Sequence record: SRR20825019_3141
Direction: 5' to 3' (one strand)
Length of the DNA: 43,525 bases
The notes beneath the pieces were generated by a model that was not told where the DNA came from, did no database searches, and worked only from the letters and a program-made list of their open reading frames with translations. This document shows, one piece after another, positions 10,172 through 20,849 of the stretch. Each line of letters begins with the position of its first letter. Position 1 is the first letter of the stretch. The position numbers and the translations under genes are program-made.

Positions 10172-10768
10172 CTAGTTTTCTTTTGGAGGTATCTCGACAC
10201 CGAGGAATTCGGCCACCAATTTATGGGCTTCGTCCAAGGCGACAGGTAAATCGTAGTTTTTGATGACCTTATCGAATTGAGGTGCGGTAGCAAGCTCCAC
10301 AGAGGCCTTTGCTATCCTCATATTGATTTTGTCATCACTTTCGGTACTTCTCTTTTTAAGCCTAATCTTCAATTCGTCCACACTGGGCGGCTTCACGAAC
10401 ACGGCCAATGTTTTATCGGGAAATTTCTTTTTGATTCGGAGTCCGCCCGATACGTCTATATCAAAAATTACATTTTTTCCCTCTGCCCAGAGTCTTTCCA
10501 CTTCGCTTTTAAGGGTGCCATAAAAATTGTCCCTGTACACTTCCTCCCATTCCAAAAAGTCCCCCTCCTTGATATGCCTCTTAAATTGCGAAACGGACAT
10601 AAAATAGTAGTTGACACCATTCTTTTCCTTGCCCCTGCGCGGGCGCGAGGTGGCCGAAATGGAAAAGGCCAAGTTGAGTTCGGGTTGATTCAACAAATGT
10701 TTCACAATGGTTGTTTTTCCACTGCCGGATGGTGCAGAGAAAATAATGAGTTTACCGCCTTCCGTCAT
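10172..10768 (-). CDS. gmk: Guanylate kinase
   Basis: APSGSGKT P-loop, SATSRPRR, FYGT. Confidence 0.95.
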   Translation of the reverse strand: MTEGGKLIIFSAPSGSGKTTIVKHLLNQPELNLAFSISATSRPRRGKEKNGVNYYFMSVSQFKRHIKEGDFLEWEEVYRDNFYGTLKSEVERLWAEGKNVIFDIDVSGGLRIKKKFPDKTLAVFVKPPSVDELKIRLKKRSTESDDKINMRIAKASVELATAPQFDKVIKNYDLPVALDEAHKLVAEFLGVEIPPKEN

Positions 10769-11622
10769 AACACATTCAGCATTTGTTCTTTGATTTTTTC
10801 CAACTCGTCTTTCATTTGCACCACCAATTGTTGCATGGGTGCATAGTTTGCCTTGGATCCTATGGTGTTGATTTCCCTTCCGATTTCCTGAGAGATAAAG
10901 CCCAATTTTTTACCGTTGGAATCATCGGAGTTTAAGGTCGATTCAAAATATTTCAGGTGGTTGGCCAACCGGACCTTCTCTTCTGTGATATCGTATTTTT
11001 CCAAATAATAGATGAGTTCCTGCTCGAACCTGTTGGCATCGAGCTCCACTTTTAGGTCGGCAACCGCTTTCTCCAAGCGTTCACGCACTGTCCCAAGTCG
11101 CTCGGGATCCATGGTGTTCACCTTTTCCAATAAATCGTTCAAGTTGTTGAGCCTTGCTACAAAGTCTTCTTCCAAAACTTTTCCTTCTTCATTCCTAAAC
11201 TCAACTATTCTGGAAAGCGCTTCGTTCATTGCTTCAATTATGGACTTGTACTCCTCCTCATCAATATCATCCTTATCCGTTTTTAACGTATCCGGCATCC
11301 GCAGGGCCATCTCCAATAGTTTAATATCATCCCCATTGACAATATTTGCCAATTGGTCCATGTAATTTCTAACTACTCCTTGATTGACTTCCGAAGTAGT
11401 CTCCTCGCCTGTAATTTCGACATAAAGATTAAAATCGACCTTTCCCCTTTCCAAAGCGCCTGCAATCATTTTACGCAGCTCCAGTTCCTTTTCGCGATAA
11501 ATTTGCGGAAGCCTGGCATTGATGTCCAAACTTTTGCTATTGAGCGATTTGAGCTCTATGGTAATCTTTTTGGAAGGAAGCTGTACAATATGCTTCCCAA
11601 AGCCTGTCATGGATTGAATCAT
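10765..11622 (-). CDS. yicC: YicC/YloC family endoribonuclease
   Basis: MIQSMTGFG start, GKKLGF..QEIGREINTIGSK; TACCTTTG -7 box at 11643-11650 supports start 11622. Confidence 0.9.
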   Translation of the reverse strand: MIQSMTGFGKHIVQLPSKKITIELKSLNSKSLDINARLPQIYREKELELRKMIAGALERGKVDFNLYVEITGEETTSEVNQGVVRNYMDQLANIVNGDDIKLLEMALRMPDTLKTDKDDIDEEEYKSIIEAMNEALSRIVEFRNEEGKVLEEDFVARLNNLNDLLEKVNTMDPERLGTVRERLEKAVADLKVELDANRFEQELIYYLEKYDITEEKVRLANHLKYFESTLNSDDSNGKKLGFISQEIGREINTIGSKANYAPMQQLVVQMKDELEKIKEQMLNVL

Positions 11623-11706
11623 AGACGTATGATAAATTTTGCCAAAGGTAACCAAAATAGGTTACTGGCACTTTAAAGATTCTATCTGGCAAATGGTGAA
11701 AGGGAG

Positions 11707-12462
11707 TTAATCCAACTCCCTTACCCAAATATTCCTAAAGCTCACCCTACTGTTGTCCCCATGATCCTGAAGCCTAAGCGGCCCCTTTCCATGTGGTGGG
11801 TTTTTGGGCCAACCAATGTAAGGGGTGGTTCCTTTGATCTCCACATGATCTTGCACCAAAACACCATTATGTATCACGGTAAGGGTGCCGGACTTTACTT
11901 TTTGACCTTTTTCAAACTCGGGTGCGTGGTAAATAATATCGTAGGTATTCCATTCCCCAGTGGGCACAGAGGCCATCGCCAAGGGTGTATGCTGTTTGTA
12001 AATGGAGGCGACTTGGCCGTTTACATAGGTATCGTTATCATTGTTATCCAACACTTGAACTTCGTAGAGTCCGTTCAGAAAGATTCCGCTATTTCCTCTA
12101 TTTTGGCCATCTCGTTGCACTTCGGCAGGTGATTTCCATTCAATGTGCAACTGAATGCTCCCAAAATTCTGCTTGGTCTGAATGTCTCCCGTTCTATCCT
12201 TCACGGTCATGCTACCGTCCTTGTTCAAAGTCCATTTGGCGGCAGTACTGTCCATGGTGCTTATCCATTTCTCCAACGAGGTACCATCGAACAACACAAT
12301 GGCATCGCTTGGAGGCGCCCCGTTCTCACTAGGGGTCACTTTTGGCGGAACAGGTTTATATAATTCGGTCGCTTCGGGTTTTGTGGGTTCCACTTCCTGA
12401 GCATTGATAAAGAAACCTGCCATCATGGCAACTACGCCCAAGGTATATCTCAATCTTTTCAT
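11707..12462 (-). CDS. DUF1080 / 3-keto-disaccharide hydrolase family, secreted
   Basis: LFDG, GNSGIF, YEVQVLD, LQDHG..VSFRNIW; signal peptide. Confidence 0.9.
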   Translation of the reverse strand: MKRLRYTLGVVAMMAGFFINAQEVEPTKPEATELYKPVPPKVTPSENGAPPSDAIVLFDGTSLEKWISTMDSTAAKWTLNKDGSMTVKDRTGDIQTKQNFGSIQLHIEWKSPAEVQRDGQNRGNSGIFLNGLYEVQVLDNNDNDTYVNGQVASIYKQHTPLAMASVPTGEWNTYDIIYHAPEFEKGQKVKSGTLTVIHNGVLVQDHVEIKGTTPYIGWPKNPPHGKGPLRLQDHGDNSRVSFRNIWVRELD

Positions 12463-12463
12463 G

Positions 12464-13210
12464 CTACAACTCTTTAATCTTGATGTTTCTGAATGCTACT
12501 ACATTCCCATGGTCCTGCAATCCAATTTTACCTGTTTTAAAGGCGGCAAAATCTTCCCAGTCCGCAAATTTAGAGTTGGCTATCAATTCATCCCACTCTG
12601 GACCTTCCACCGGGAATTCAACGATTTTGGTACCGTTTTGAATCACATGACCTTGGTTGGTCTTGTGATTGATCATCAATTCTACGGAATTCCATTCCCC
12701 TGCCGGCTTTACTGTCTTTTCGGATGGTGGAACAATGTCGTACAAGGATCCCGCCAAACGATCTTCGCCATTTTTTGCATCAGGATGTCTCTCGTCATCC
12801 AAAACTTGAATTTCCGGACCGGTAACGTAAGGTTGGCCATATTCCTCCCCTTCTTTTACGCCCCAAAAGAATCCACTGTTTCCTCCTTCGGCGATCTTCC
12901 AATCCAGGGTCAGTACAAAATCGGTAAACTCTTCATCGGTAACCAAGTTGTAGTTGGCTCCTTCGGGTCTTTCTTCCATTGGGTAAAACACCATGGCCCC
13001 ATCTTCCAGTTTCCAAGGTTCGGTTACTTCTCCCCCATTGTACATGTGCCAACCGTCAAAACTTGTCCCGTCGAACAGGGTGGTCCATTCAGGTTCTTTT
13101 TCTTCAACGACCTCAGTCATTTCTTCTTGAACTTCTTCTTTGTTTTCCTTTGGTTTGTCCTTACAGGCAAATACTGCTGCAAGAGCTATAAACAACAATG
13201 GTTTTTTCAT
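12464..13210 (-). CDS. DUF1080 family lipoprotein
   Basis: Lipobox VFAC; LFDG, GNSG, EIQVLDD, LQDHG..FRNIKI. Confidence 0.9.
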   Translation of the reverse strand: MKKPLLFIALAAVFACKDKPKENKEEVQEEMTEVVEEKEPEWTTLFDGTSFDGWHMYNGGEVTEPWKLEDGAMVFYPMEERPEGANYNLVTDEEFTDFVLTLDWKIAEGGNSGFFWGVKEGEEYGQPYVTGPEIQVLDDERHPDAKNGEDRLAGSLYDIVPPSEKTVKPAGEWNSVELMINHKTNQGHVIQNGTKIVEFPVEGPEWDELIANSKFADWEDFAAFKTGKIGLQDHGNVVAFRNIKIKEL

Positions 13211-14259
13211 AATCCTAATATGTTTTTAAGTTTTTGTTCATCGATATCCGCTCCGGCGAAATCATCAAATGTTTTTGTGGTTGCTTCTATAATATGATCC
13301 TGGATAAATTTCGCACCTTCGCGGGCTCCCTGCTCCGGACTTTTAATACAGCACTCCCATTCCATCACGGCCCAAACATCACATCCGTATTGGGTCAATT
13401 TGGAGAAAATGGTCTTGAAATCTATTTGTCCATCCCCCAAAGAACGGTATCTGCCTGCTCTATCCCCCCAATCGTTGTAACCGCCAAAGGCTCCTTTTTT
13501 CCCAGTTGGATTAAATTCGGAATCCTTCACGTGAAAAGATTTTATAAACTCATGATAGTGGTCAATGTAGGTAATATAATCCAACTGCTGAAGTACGAAG
13601 TGACTCGGGTCGTACAAAATATTCACTCTTTTGTGGTTGCCGGTAGCTTCCAAAAAGCGTTCAAAAGTATCACCATCATGCAGGTCTTCTCCTGGGTGGA
13701 TTTCATAACATACATCCACGCCTTCTTCATCAAAATGATTAAGGATGGGCATCCACCTATTGGCCAGCTCTTCAAAACCCATCTCTACCAATCCAGCCGG
13801 TCTTTGCGGCCATGGGTGAGCGGTGTGCCAAAGCAAGGAACCTGAAAATGTGGCATGGGCCTTAAGTCCAAGTCTTCGGCTTGCCGTAGCAGCTTTTTTA
13901 ACGGTTTCTATCGCCCATTTTGTGCGCTCTTTTGGCTTTCCGTGCAATGCTTCGGGAGCGAAGTTATCGAACATGATATCATAGGCAGGATGCACCGCTA
14001 CCAATTGCCCTTGCAAGTGCGTGGAGAGCTCGGTAATCTCCAAACCATAAGAATTTACTTTTCCTTTGAGCTCATCACAGTAATCTTGGCTTTCGGCCGC
14101 TTTGTCCAAATCTATCAGGAAGGATTCCCAAGTTGGTATCTGAATCCCTTTGTATCCAAGATCTGAAGCCCATTTGCACATACCATCCAAAGTATTGAAC
14201 GGAGGTTGGTTGTCCACAAATTGCGCCAGGAATACGGCCGGTCCTTTAATTGTCTTCAT
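13207..14259 (-). CDS. Sugar phosphate isomerase/epimerase (xylose isomerase-like TIM barrel)
   Basis: YEIHP, YDPSH, FHVKD, MEWE metal-binding motifs. Confidence 0.88.
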   Translation of the reverse strand: MKTIKGPAVFLAQFVDNQPPFNTLDGMCKWASDLGYKGIQIPTWESFLIDLDKAAESQDYCDELKGKVNSYGLEITELSTHLQGQLVAVHPAYDIMFDNFAPEALHGKPKERTKWAIETVKKAATASRRLGLKAHATFSGSLLWHTAHPWPQRPAGLVEMGFEELANRWMPILNHFDEEGVDVCYEIHPGEDLHDGDTFERFLEATGNHKRVNILYDPSHFVLQQLDYITYIDHYHEFIKSFHVKDSEFNPTGKKGAFGGYNDWGDRAGRYRSLGDGQIDFKTIFSKLTQYGCDVWAVMEWECCIKSPEQGAREGAKFIQDHIIEATTKTFDDFAGADIDEQKLKNILGL

Positions 14260-14401
14260 TTAGTTAAAATTTAAGGAATTAGGAAATCCCGAATAAATTG
14301 GGATTTATCTTTTATATTTAAGAAAAAAACTATGCTATTTTTAGGTCTCATGTAGAAAAACATAAATATAGGAATTAGCTAACAATTAAAATAACATTAA
14401 A

Positions 14402-16105
14402 GTGATTGAAAACAAAGTTTATGATGCCATTGTTGTAGGAACGGGCATAAGTGGCGGTTGGGCCGCAAAGGAATTATGCGAAAACGGACTCAACGTATTG
14501 GTGTTGGAACGAGGTCCCATGGTAAAGCATATCGAAGATTATAAAACCATGAACGATGATTCGTGGGATTATAACTTTAAAGGGGAGCTTTCCCGTGAGG
14601 ACAAAGAAAAATATCATAAACAACTTAGGGTCGGGTGGGCGCCCAAAGAAGACGTAAAACACTTTTTTGTGAACGATTTGGAACACCCTTACCAAGAGAC
14701 CAAACGTTTTGATTGGATTCGGGGCTACCAAGTCGGGGGAAGGTCCCTTACCTGGGGCAGACAGAGCTACAGATGGAGCGATATTGATTTTGAGGCAAAC
14801 GAGAAAGAAGGCATTGCAGTGGATTGGCCGGTACGCTACAAAGATATTGCCCCATGGTACGACAAGGTTGAATCCTACATAGGCGTTAGCGGCCAGGCTT
14901 TGGGACTCAAACAACTGCCCGATGGAATTTTTCAGCCCCCCATGGAACTCAACTGTGTTGAAAAGGAACTCCAAGAGTCGCTCAGCAAAAAGTTTGATGA
15001 TGGTCGCCTGCTCACTATTGGGCGCGCCGCCCATATTACAGAAAACACAACCGACTTTAAAGGTCGAGGGCCTTGCCAATACCGTAGCCGTTGTTGGAGA
15101 GGATGCCCTTTTGGCGGTTATTTCAGTAGTAACTCATCAACATTGCCCGCTGCGGAAAGAACCGGAAACCTGACCTTGAGACCAAATTCGATTGTCCACG
15201 AAGTAGTCTATGATGAAGATCGGAACCAGGCGACTGGCGTAAAAATCATAGATGCCGTGACACACGAAAAACTGGAGTTCAACAGTAAGATTGTATTTCT
15301 TTGTGCCTCTTCCATGGCATCGGTGGGTATTCTACTACAATCTAAATCCAACAGGTTTCCAAATGGAATGGGGAACGAGCATGACCAGCTAGGGAGAAAC
15401 ATCATGGACCATCACTACCAATTGGGCGCATCTGCCAAGGTCGATGGACATTTGGATAAATACTACAAGGGCAGAAGACCCAACGGGGTCTATATCCCGA
15501 GGTTTGTTAATTTGGACGAGAAAACCAAACGCCCAGATTTTCTTCGGGGTTTTGGGTATCAAGGTGGCGCCAACAGGGGCGATTGGTCGGAAATGGTAGC
15601 GGAAATGGGATACGGCAAGGCACTTAAGGAGGCTATATTACAACCTGGAGGCTGGGAAATTGGATTAAGCGGCTTTGGAGAAATGCTACCTTATCACGAC
15701 AATCGGGTAACATTGAGCAAGGACAAAAAAGATCAATGGGGACTGCCCCAACTGGATTTTGATGTTGAATTCAAGGAGAACGAATATAAGATGCGGGAGG
15801 CCATTAAAGAGGAGGGCGTGGCAATGTTGAAAGCGGCGGGCTTTAAAAACATTTCCACATACGACAGGGAAACCGGTCCCGGTCTGGGCATTCACGAAAT
15901 GGGAGGTGCCCGTATGGGCCGCGACCCCAAAACATCTGTACTGAACAAGCACAACCAATTGCATGCGGTTCCCAATGTATATGTTACCGATGGGGCTTTT
16001 ATGACCTCATCCAGTTGCGTAAACCCTTCTCTGACCTATATGGCCTTTACGGCCAGGGCCGCAAACCATGCTGCGCAACAGTTCAAACAAAATAAATTTG
16101 CCTAA
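14402..16105 (+). CDS. GMC family FAD oxidoreductase (glycoside 3-dehydrogenase-like catalytic subunit), copy 1
   Basis: GTGISGG FAD motif, CxxxxxCxxGC Fe-S motif, HEMGGARMG, NPSLT. Confidence 0.9.
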   Translation: MIENKVYDAIVVGTGISGGWAAKELCENGLNVLVLERGPMVKHIEDYKTMNDDSWDYNFKGELSREDKEKYHKQLRVGWAPKEDVKHFFVNDLEHPYQETKRFDWIRGYQVGGRSLTWGRQSYRWSDIDFEANEKEGIAVDWPVRYKDIAPWYDKVESYIGVSGQALGLKQLPDGIFQPPMELNCVEKELQESLSKKFDDGRLLTIGRAAHITENTTDFKGRGPCQYRSRCWRGCPFGGYFSSNSSTLPAAERTGNLTLRPNSIVHEVVYDEDRNQATGVKIIDAVTHEKLEFNSKIVFLCASSMASVGILLQSKSNRFPNGMGNEHDQLGRNIMDHHYQLGASAKVDGHLDKYYKGRRPNGVYIPRFVNLDEKTKRPDFLRGFGYQGGANRGDWSEMVAEMGYGKALKEAILQPGGWEIGLSGFGEMLPYHDNRVTLSKDKKDQWGLPQLDFDVEFKENEYKMREAIKEEGVAMLKAAGFKNISTYDRETGPGLGIHEMGGARMGRDPKTSVLNKHNQLHAVPNVYVTDGAFMTSSSCVNPSLTYMAFTARAANHAAQQFKQNKFA

Positions 16106-16116
16106 AAACCCTACTT

Positions 16117-16581
16117 ATGGAAAATACTTCAGCCCGAAATCTGTGGGGCGATTTTTTGGATGCCCATTTGGAGTTTGCTTCTGAGGATGCGCCCAAGACC
16201 ATCCACTTTTGCGATAATGAAAAGGATGCGGACCTGTGTGCTGATTTAATCTGTAAAGAGACCAAAAGGGCCACCACACACTCGCTAAAAGGAATACAGC
16301 TCCGCAATGAAGCTTTGCCCAAAATCGGGGATTTTTATGTGGTTACGGACTGGAGTGGCGATGCCAAATGTATTATACGAACCACTGCTGTTAAGCTTCT
16401 TCCCTACTTCAGCATCAGGGAAGAGCATGCCCGTTTGGAGGGTGAAGGAGATAAAAGTCTGGATCATTGGAAAAAGGTCCATTGGGAGTATTATACCCGG
16501 GAACTATCTGACTTAGGGGCCAGGCCTACCGAGAGTATGATTGTGGTCTTTGAGCAGTTTGAGATGCTGTACAAAAAATAA
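16117..16581 (+). CDS. ASCH domain protein
   Basis: KRATT, PKIGD, EGEGDKSL..W...HW typical of ASCH/PUA-like proteins. Confidence 0.8.
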   Translation: MENTSARNLWGDFLDAHLEFASEDAPKTIHFCDNEKDADLCADLICKETKRATTHSLKGIQLRNEALPKIGDFYVVTDWSGDAKCIIRTTAVKLLPYFSIREEHARLEGEGDKSLDHWKKVHWEYYTRELSDLGARPTESMIVVFEQFEMLYKK

Positions 16582-16605
16582 TGGCTGCCAATCGGCAGCC
16601 ATTAT
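16578..16605. terminator. Hairpin terminator between convergent genes
   Basis: ATAATGGCTGCC-aatc-GGCAGCCATTAT, 12-bp stem. Confidence 0.75.
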
Positions 16606-16631
16606 CTATGCTTTTTTGAACGGGGTCAGGT

Positions 16632-17768
16632 TTAATCCATGTCCACCCAAATGTTCCCTTGCTTGTGGGATGCTACCGTGTTCTCTATAAAGTTCAGACC
16701 GCGTACACCATCCATCATGGTAGGGAATTCACCATCATTGTATTCTTCCCCGCGAATGGCTCTTGCCACGCCTAAATAGATATTGGCCATGGAATCAAAA
16801 ATACCTTCTGGGTGCCCAGGGGGCAACTTTGTTCCGTCCAAAGACAGTTTGGAATTATACTCATGTCCTGGCTTGTATACCTGCAACGGTTCGGGGTCGT
16901 TCAATTTGTATAGATAATTGGGGTTTTCCTGTTCCCATTTCAACCCTCCTTTTTCACCGTAAATGGCTATGGTCAGATTGTTTTCCTCTCCAGTGGCCAC
17001 TTGACTTGCCCTAATGACTCCTTTTACGTTCTTGTCCATACGTATAAGGGCGGTACCATCCATGTCCATCACATTGTCATCGTACATGTAGTTGAAGTCG
17101 CAAAGCAAGGATTGCACCTGCAGACCGGTGGTGTATTCTATCATGTTAAAGGCGTGTACACCGATATCTCCCATACAGGAACTGATTCCCGCTTTTTTGG
17201 GGTCGAGCCTCCATACGGTTCCTCTCTTTTCCTTATCGTGGATAATGGGGTTCATCCAACCTTGATAATATTGTGCATCAACTTTGTGTACTTTCCCAAT
17301 AACACCGTCCTTTATCATCTCGCGCATTTGGCGCACCATGGGATAACCTGTGTAAGTGTGCGTTACAGCAAATACCTTTTTGACCTCTTTAAGGGTCTCT
17401 TGAAGAATTTTAGCCTCTTCATATGTGGTGGTCATCGGTTTTTCACAAATGACGTGGAAACCGTTGTCCAACAGCTTTTTTGCCATGGGAAAGTGCAAAA
17501 AGTTGGGCGTAAGAATAGAACAAACTTGAATACGTTCGTCTTCTGGAAGCTTCATTTCTTCTTCTATCAACGTATCAAAATCTTTATAGATACGATTGGT
17601 TGGAATATCAATTTCCTTGGCAAAGGCTATACTTTCATTATGGTCTGGGTTAAACACAGCACCAACAATCTCGTAATTATCATTAATGAAGGCTGCCACC
17701 CTGTGCAGCACACCAATAAGCGAATCCCCTCCTCCTCCGAGAATTCCAAGTCTAATCTTTTTAGGCAT
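16632..17768 (-). CDS. Gfo/Idh/MocA family oxidoreductase
   Basis: Rossmann GILGGG, ICEKP, GDIGVH. Confidence 0.9.
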   Translation of the reverse strand: MPKKIRLGILGGGGDSLIGVLHRVAAFINDNYEIVGAVFNPDHNESIAFAKEIDIPTNRIYKDFDTLIEEEMKLPEDERIQVCSILTPNFLHFPMAKKLLDNGFHVICEKPMTTTYEEAKILQETLKEVKKVFAVTHTYTGYPMVRQMREMIKDGVIGKVHKVDAQYYQGWMNPIIHDKEKRGTVWRLDPKKAGISSCMGDIGVHAFNMIEYTTGLQVQSLLCDFNYMYDDNVMDMDGTALIRMDKNVKGVIRASQVATGEENNLTIAIYGEKGGLKWEQENPNYLYKLNDPEPLQVYKPGHEYNSKLSLDGTKLPPGHPEGIFDSMANIYLGVARAIRGEEYNDGEFPTMMDGVRGLNFIENTVASHKQGNIWVDMD

Positions 17769-17788
17769 TTTTATTGTTTTTTTTCTAA

Positions 17789-19024
17789 TTATACTACTTC
17801 TTCTGTATGGCCCTGCGGCACTCTTCTTTCTTCCAATTTCTTACGGAACACGAACAAAATGGAAAACAGAATCAACACTGCCAACGGAAAAAACATCATT
17901 TTCCCTAAGGTTGCCTTTCCTGCTGCCAATTCCGCCACCTCATCGGCAAGTCCAGATGAAACTGCCGTTTCTTTTGCAGTGTCCAACCACCCACCGATTA
18001 CCGGTTGCCAAATGGCCGTGGAGAACATTCCCGCACCCCCTACCAAGGACATTCCCAATGCCCCTGTTTTTGGAAGATATTCCGAGGTAAACCCTATCAT
18101 GGTAGGCCAAAAATAACAAACTCCCAACGCAAAAAGAACGGCTGCCAAATAAATCATGGAGCCTTCGGCAACACTCATACTATAAACTGCGGCTGTTGTG
18201 ATCAAGGCGGACATCACCAAAACCCCGATGGGATTGAGCCTATGTACAATGGGCCCGGCAAAATATCGGCCTATCGCCATAATACCTGTCACCATGGCCA
18301 AGACCAGCATTGGACTAGCCCCAGAATTACCCAAAATTCGTTCCACCCATTGTTGAGGGCCAAATTCTGAAATTGCAGTGAGGGTCATACACAACATGAT
18401 AAAAATAAACAAGGGGTCTGCAAGACCTTTGATGTTCTTGGTGGTATCCGTTTCGATATGTTCGCTTTCTGGAAACTGTTGCTTAAAGAACATATATCCG
18501 TAAATAAGCGTAGGTATCAACATTACCGCAATCTGTAATTGCCAACCCATTCCAAAGTCGGTCATAAACTTGGAGATAAGTGAGCCGATTACAATTCCTC
18601 CAGGGAACCATACGTGGAACCTGTTCAGCATCGCCGTCCTGTTCTTGGTGAACATATCGGCGATCATTGGATTACAGGCCGCTTCCACCGAACCATTGGC
18701 GAAGCCAATAAAGAAGGTGGATATAATCAGTGTCCAAAAACCTCCTGCCATCATAGTTAGGATCAACCCAAGCATATGGCAGACAAAAGCCGTTACCATA
18801 AGTTTACGTGCTCCGATTTTATTGTAGAGCAATCCGCCAAAGATCATGGCAATGGGGAATCCAAAAAAGCCCATACTGTTTATCCAACCCAATTGTTGAT
18901 TGGAAAGCATGAACTCCTCCCCTAATTGGGTCAATATACCAGCCCTAATGGCAAAGGTCATGGATGTGACCACCAGCGATATACAGGCTGCTAGAAATAG
19001 CTGATTCTTGTTTACGTTTTTCAT
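17789..19024 (-). CDS. MFS sugar transporter
   Basis: About 12 hydrophobic TM segments; sugar cluster context. Confidence 0.85.
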   Translation of the reverse strand: MKNVNKNQLFLAACISLVVTSMTFAIRAGILTQLGEEFMLSNQQLGWINSMGFFGFPIAMIFGGLLYNKIGARKLMVTAFVCHMLGLILTMMAGGFWTLIISTFFIGFANGSVEAACNPMIADMFTKNRTAMLNRFHVWFPGGIVIGSLISKFMTDFGMGWQLQIAVMLIPTLIYGYMFFKQQFPESEHIETDTTKNIKGLADPLFIFIMLCMTLTAISEFGPQQWVERILGNSGASPMLVLAMVTGIMAIGRYFAGPIVHRLNPIGVLVMSALITTAAVYSMSVAEGSMIYLAAVLFALGVCYFWPTMIGFTSEYLPKTGALGMSLVGGAGMFSTAIWQPVIGGWLDTAKETAVSSGLADEVAELAAGKATLGKMMFFPLAVLILFSILFVFRKKLEERRVPQGHTEEVV

Positions 19025-19126
19025 GTTTGTTTCGGTTAATTGTGGTTTAATCTATAAATCTTATGTCACTTCTTGTTTTTATCATATTGAATCAAAGGAT
19101 GTCCGAGCATGTGCATTCTCGGTTGC

Positions 19127-20356
19127 CTAAGATTTATATTCGACTTTCTCGTTCTTGAATATTAGTGCAAATAGGATAAATACGACTGCCGCGAACGCTG
19201 CTGGATAAATCCAGATACTCTCCCAAGCATGGGCACCGTCTTTCATGGTAAGTGAATCTGTAATTTGTCCTGCAATCCAGAAACCTATGAGCATTCCCAC
19301 TCCATAAGTAGCCAATGTGATCAACCCTTGAGCGGCACTCTTGTACTTTTCTCCAGCTTTGGTATCCGTGTAAATCTGCCCGGATACAAAGAAGAAATCA
19401 TAACAAATTCCGTGCAGTGCAATTCCAAGAATCAACATAAACGACAATTCATCCGCATTACCATAGGCAAAAAGCAGGTAACGAACAGTCCAGGCCAACA
19501 TACCTACCAATATGGTCTTCTTAAATCCAAATCTGGTAAAAAAGAAAGGTAGTGCGAGGATAAAAAGTGCTTCGGAAATTTGGCCTATGGCCATTTTACC
19601 GGTTGGATTTGGCAACCCTATTTCTGCCAAGAACGGATTGGCGTTTTGATAATAGAAAGCCAATGGGATACAAATCAATACCGATGAGATAAAGAACACC
19701 AAGAAATTTTTGTTCTTCAAGAGTTTCAATGCTTCAAGTCCCAACACATCAGAAATGGTCACTTTTTCGCTTTTGTCCACTTTTGGTGGGGTCTTTGGCA
19801 AAGTAAAGCTGAAAAGTCCCAAAACTGCCGAGGCAATTCCGGCCATTAAAAATGTATTTTTAAGCATTCCCGCTTCCAAGGCTTCTGGAGAGTCCCAAAC
19901 AAAAAGGTAGCTTATTACCAATCCCGCAACAATCCACCCAATGGTTCCAAACACACGGATGTTCGAAAACTCCTTTGCCGGGTCTTTCATTTGATTAAAG
20001 GAAATGGAATTCACCAAAGCCAATGTTGGCATATACAAAATCATGTATCCCAACACATAGGGGTAGAAAGCAACAAAATCCTCCGACTGATACATCTGGT
20101 ACATTAAAAAAGCACCAATAAGGTGCAGTACTCCTAAAATTCGTTCGGCATTAAAATATCTGTCGGCAATCAGTCCTATAATGAACGGGGCTATGATAGC
20201 GCCCCAAGATTGTGTGGAAAAAGCCATTGATGACTGCCCTGCAGTTGCTTCTAGATTATTCCCTAGGAATGTTCCCAAGGTAACAAACCAACCTCCCCAG
20301 ATAAAAAACTCGAGGAACATCATAAAGGATAGTTGGAATTTGGTCTTAATATTCAT
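19127..20356 (-). CDS. Nucleoside:H+ symporter family MFS permease
   Basis: FLEFFIWGGW, GLIADRY, RVFGTIGW, HGICYDFF (NupG/XapB-like). Confidence 0.85.
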   Translation of the reverse strand: MNIKTKFQLSFMMFLEFFIWGGWFVTLGTFLGNNLEATAGQSSMAFSTQSWGAIIAPFIIGLIADRYFNAERILGVLHLIGAFLMYQMYQSEDFVAFYPYVLGYMILYMPTLALVNSISFNQMKDPAKEFSNIRVFGTIGWIVAGLVISYLFVWDSPEALEAGMLKNTFLMAGIASAVLGLFSFTLPKTPPKVDKSEKVTISDVLGLEALKLLKNKNFLVFFISSVLICIPLAFYYQNANPFLAEIGLPNPTGKMAIGQISEALFILALPFFFTRFGFKKTILVGMLAWTVRYLLFAYGNADELSFMLILGIALHGICYDFFFVSGQIYTDTKAGEKYKSAAQGLITLATYGVGMLIGFWIAGQITDSLTMKDGAHAWESIWIYPAAFAAVVFILFALIFKNEKVEYKS

Positions 20357-20379
20357 TGTTGGTATTCAAAAATTAGTAA

Positions 20380-20823
20380 TTATCGTTTGTAATGCACATA
20401 GTCCAAAGGCTCGGGCACTATCCCCGCATTTCTCAACTCCATCATAATTTGCCCTCGATGGTGCGTGGAATGATTGATGATATGAAACAGGATGTCCTCC
20501 AGTTTATTTGAAAAATTCTTTCCTGTGCTGTTGGTATATTCCACTCGTTTATCAAAAGTATCCGTACTGGATACAATTTCAAAGGAAGTTCGTTGATTTT
20601 CGTAATGAATGTCTTCCCATATATCTACCTTATGCAGGTCCCAGACTCCAAATTCAGTTGGGGATTCCAGTATCCTTTGGTTCCAAATATGATGGGCATT
20701 GAGTATATGACTAAAAAGTCTAATGCAGTTGTCCGGAACCTGGCCCGGACCACTGCATTGTTCAATTATTTTTTTGTTACAATAAAAATTGTAATCGAAG
20801 AGCTGTTGTAAAAATCCCTTCAT
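20380..20823 (-). CDS. DinB/YfiT family protein
   Basis: SHILNA and NHSTHHRGQ His triad. Confidence 0.85.
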   Translation of the reverse strand: MKGFLQQLFDYNFYCNKKIIEQCSGPGQVPDNCIRLFSHILNAHHIWNQRILESPTEFGVWDLHKVDIWEDIHYENQRTSFEIVSSTDTFDKRVEYTNSTGKNFSNKLEDILFHIINHSTHHRGQIMMELRNAGIVPEPLDYVHYKR

Positions 20824-20849
20824 CTACCCATTTATATTTAGTAGGATAA

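Noticed and set aside
12404-13297. 297-aa plus-strand ORF
   Set aside because: Antisense shadow of the DUF1080 genes with atypical composition
17001-18116. 371-aa plus-strand ORF
   Set aside because: Antisense shadow of the Gfo and MFS genes; no motifs
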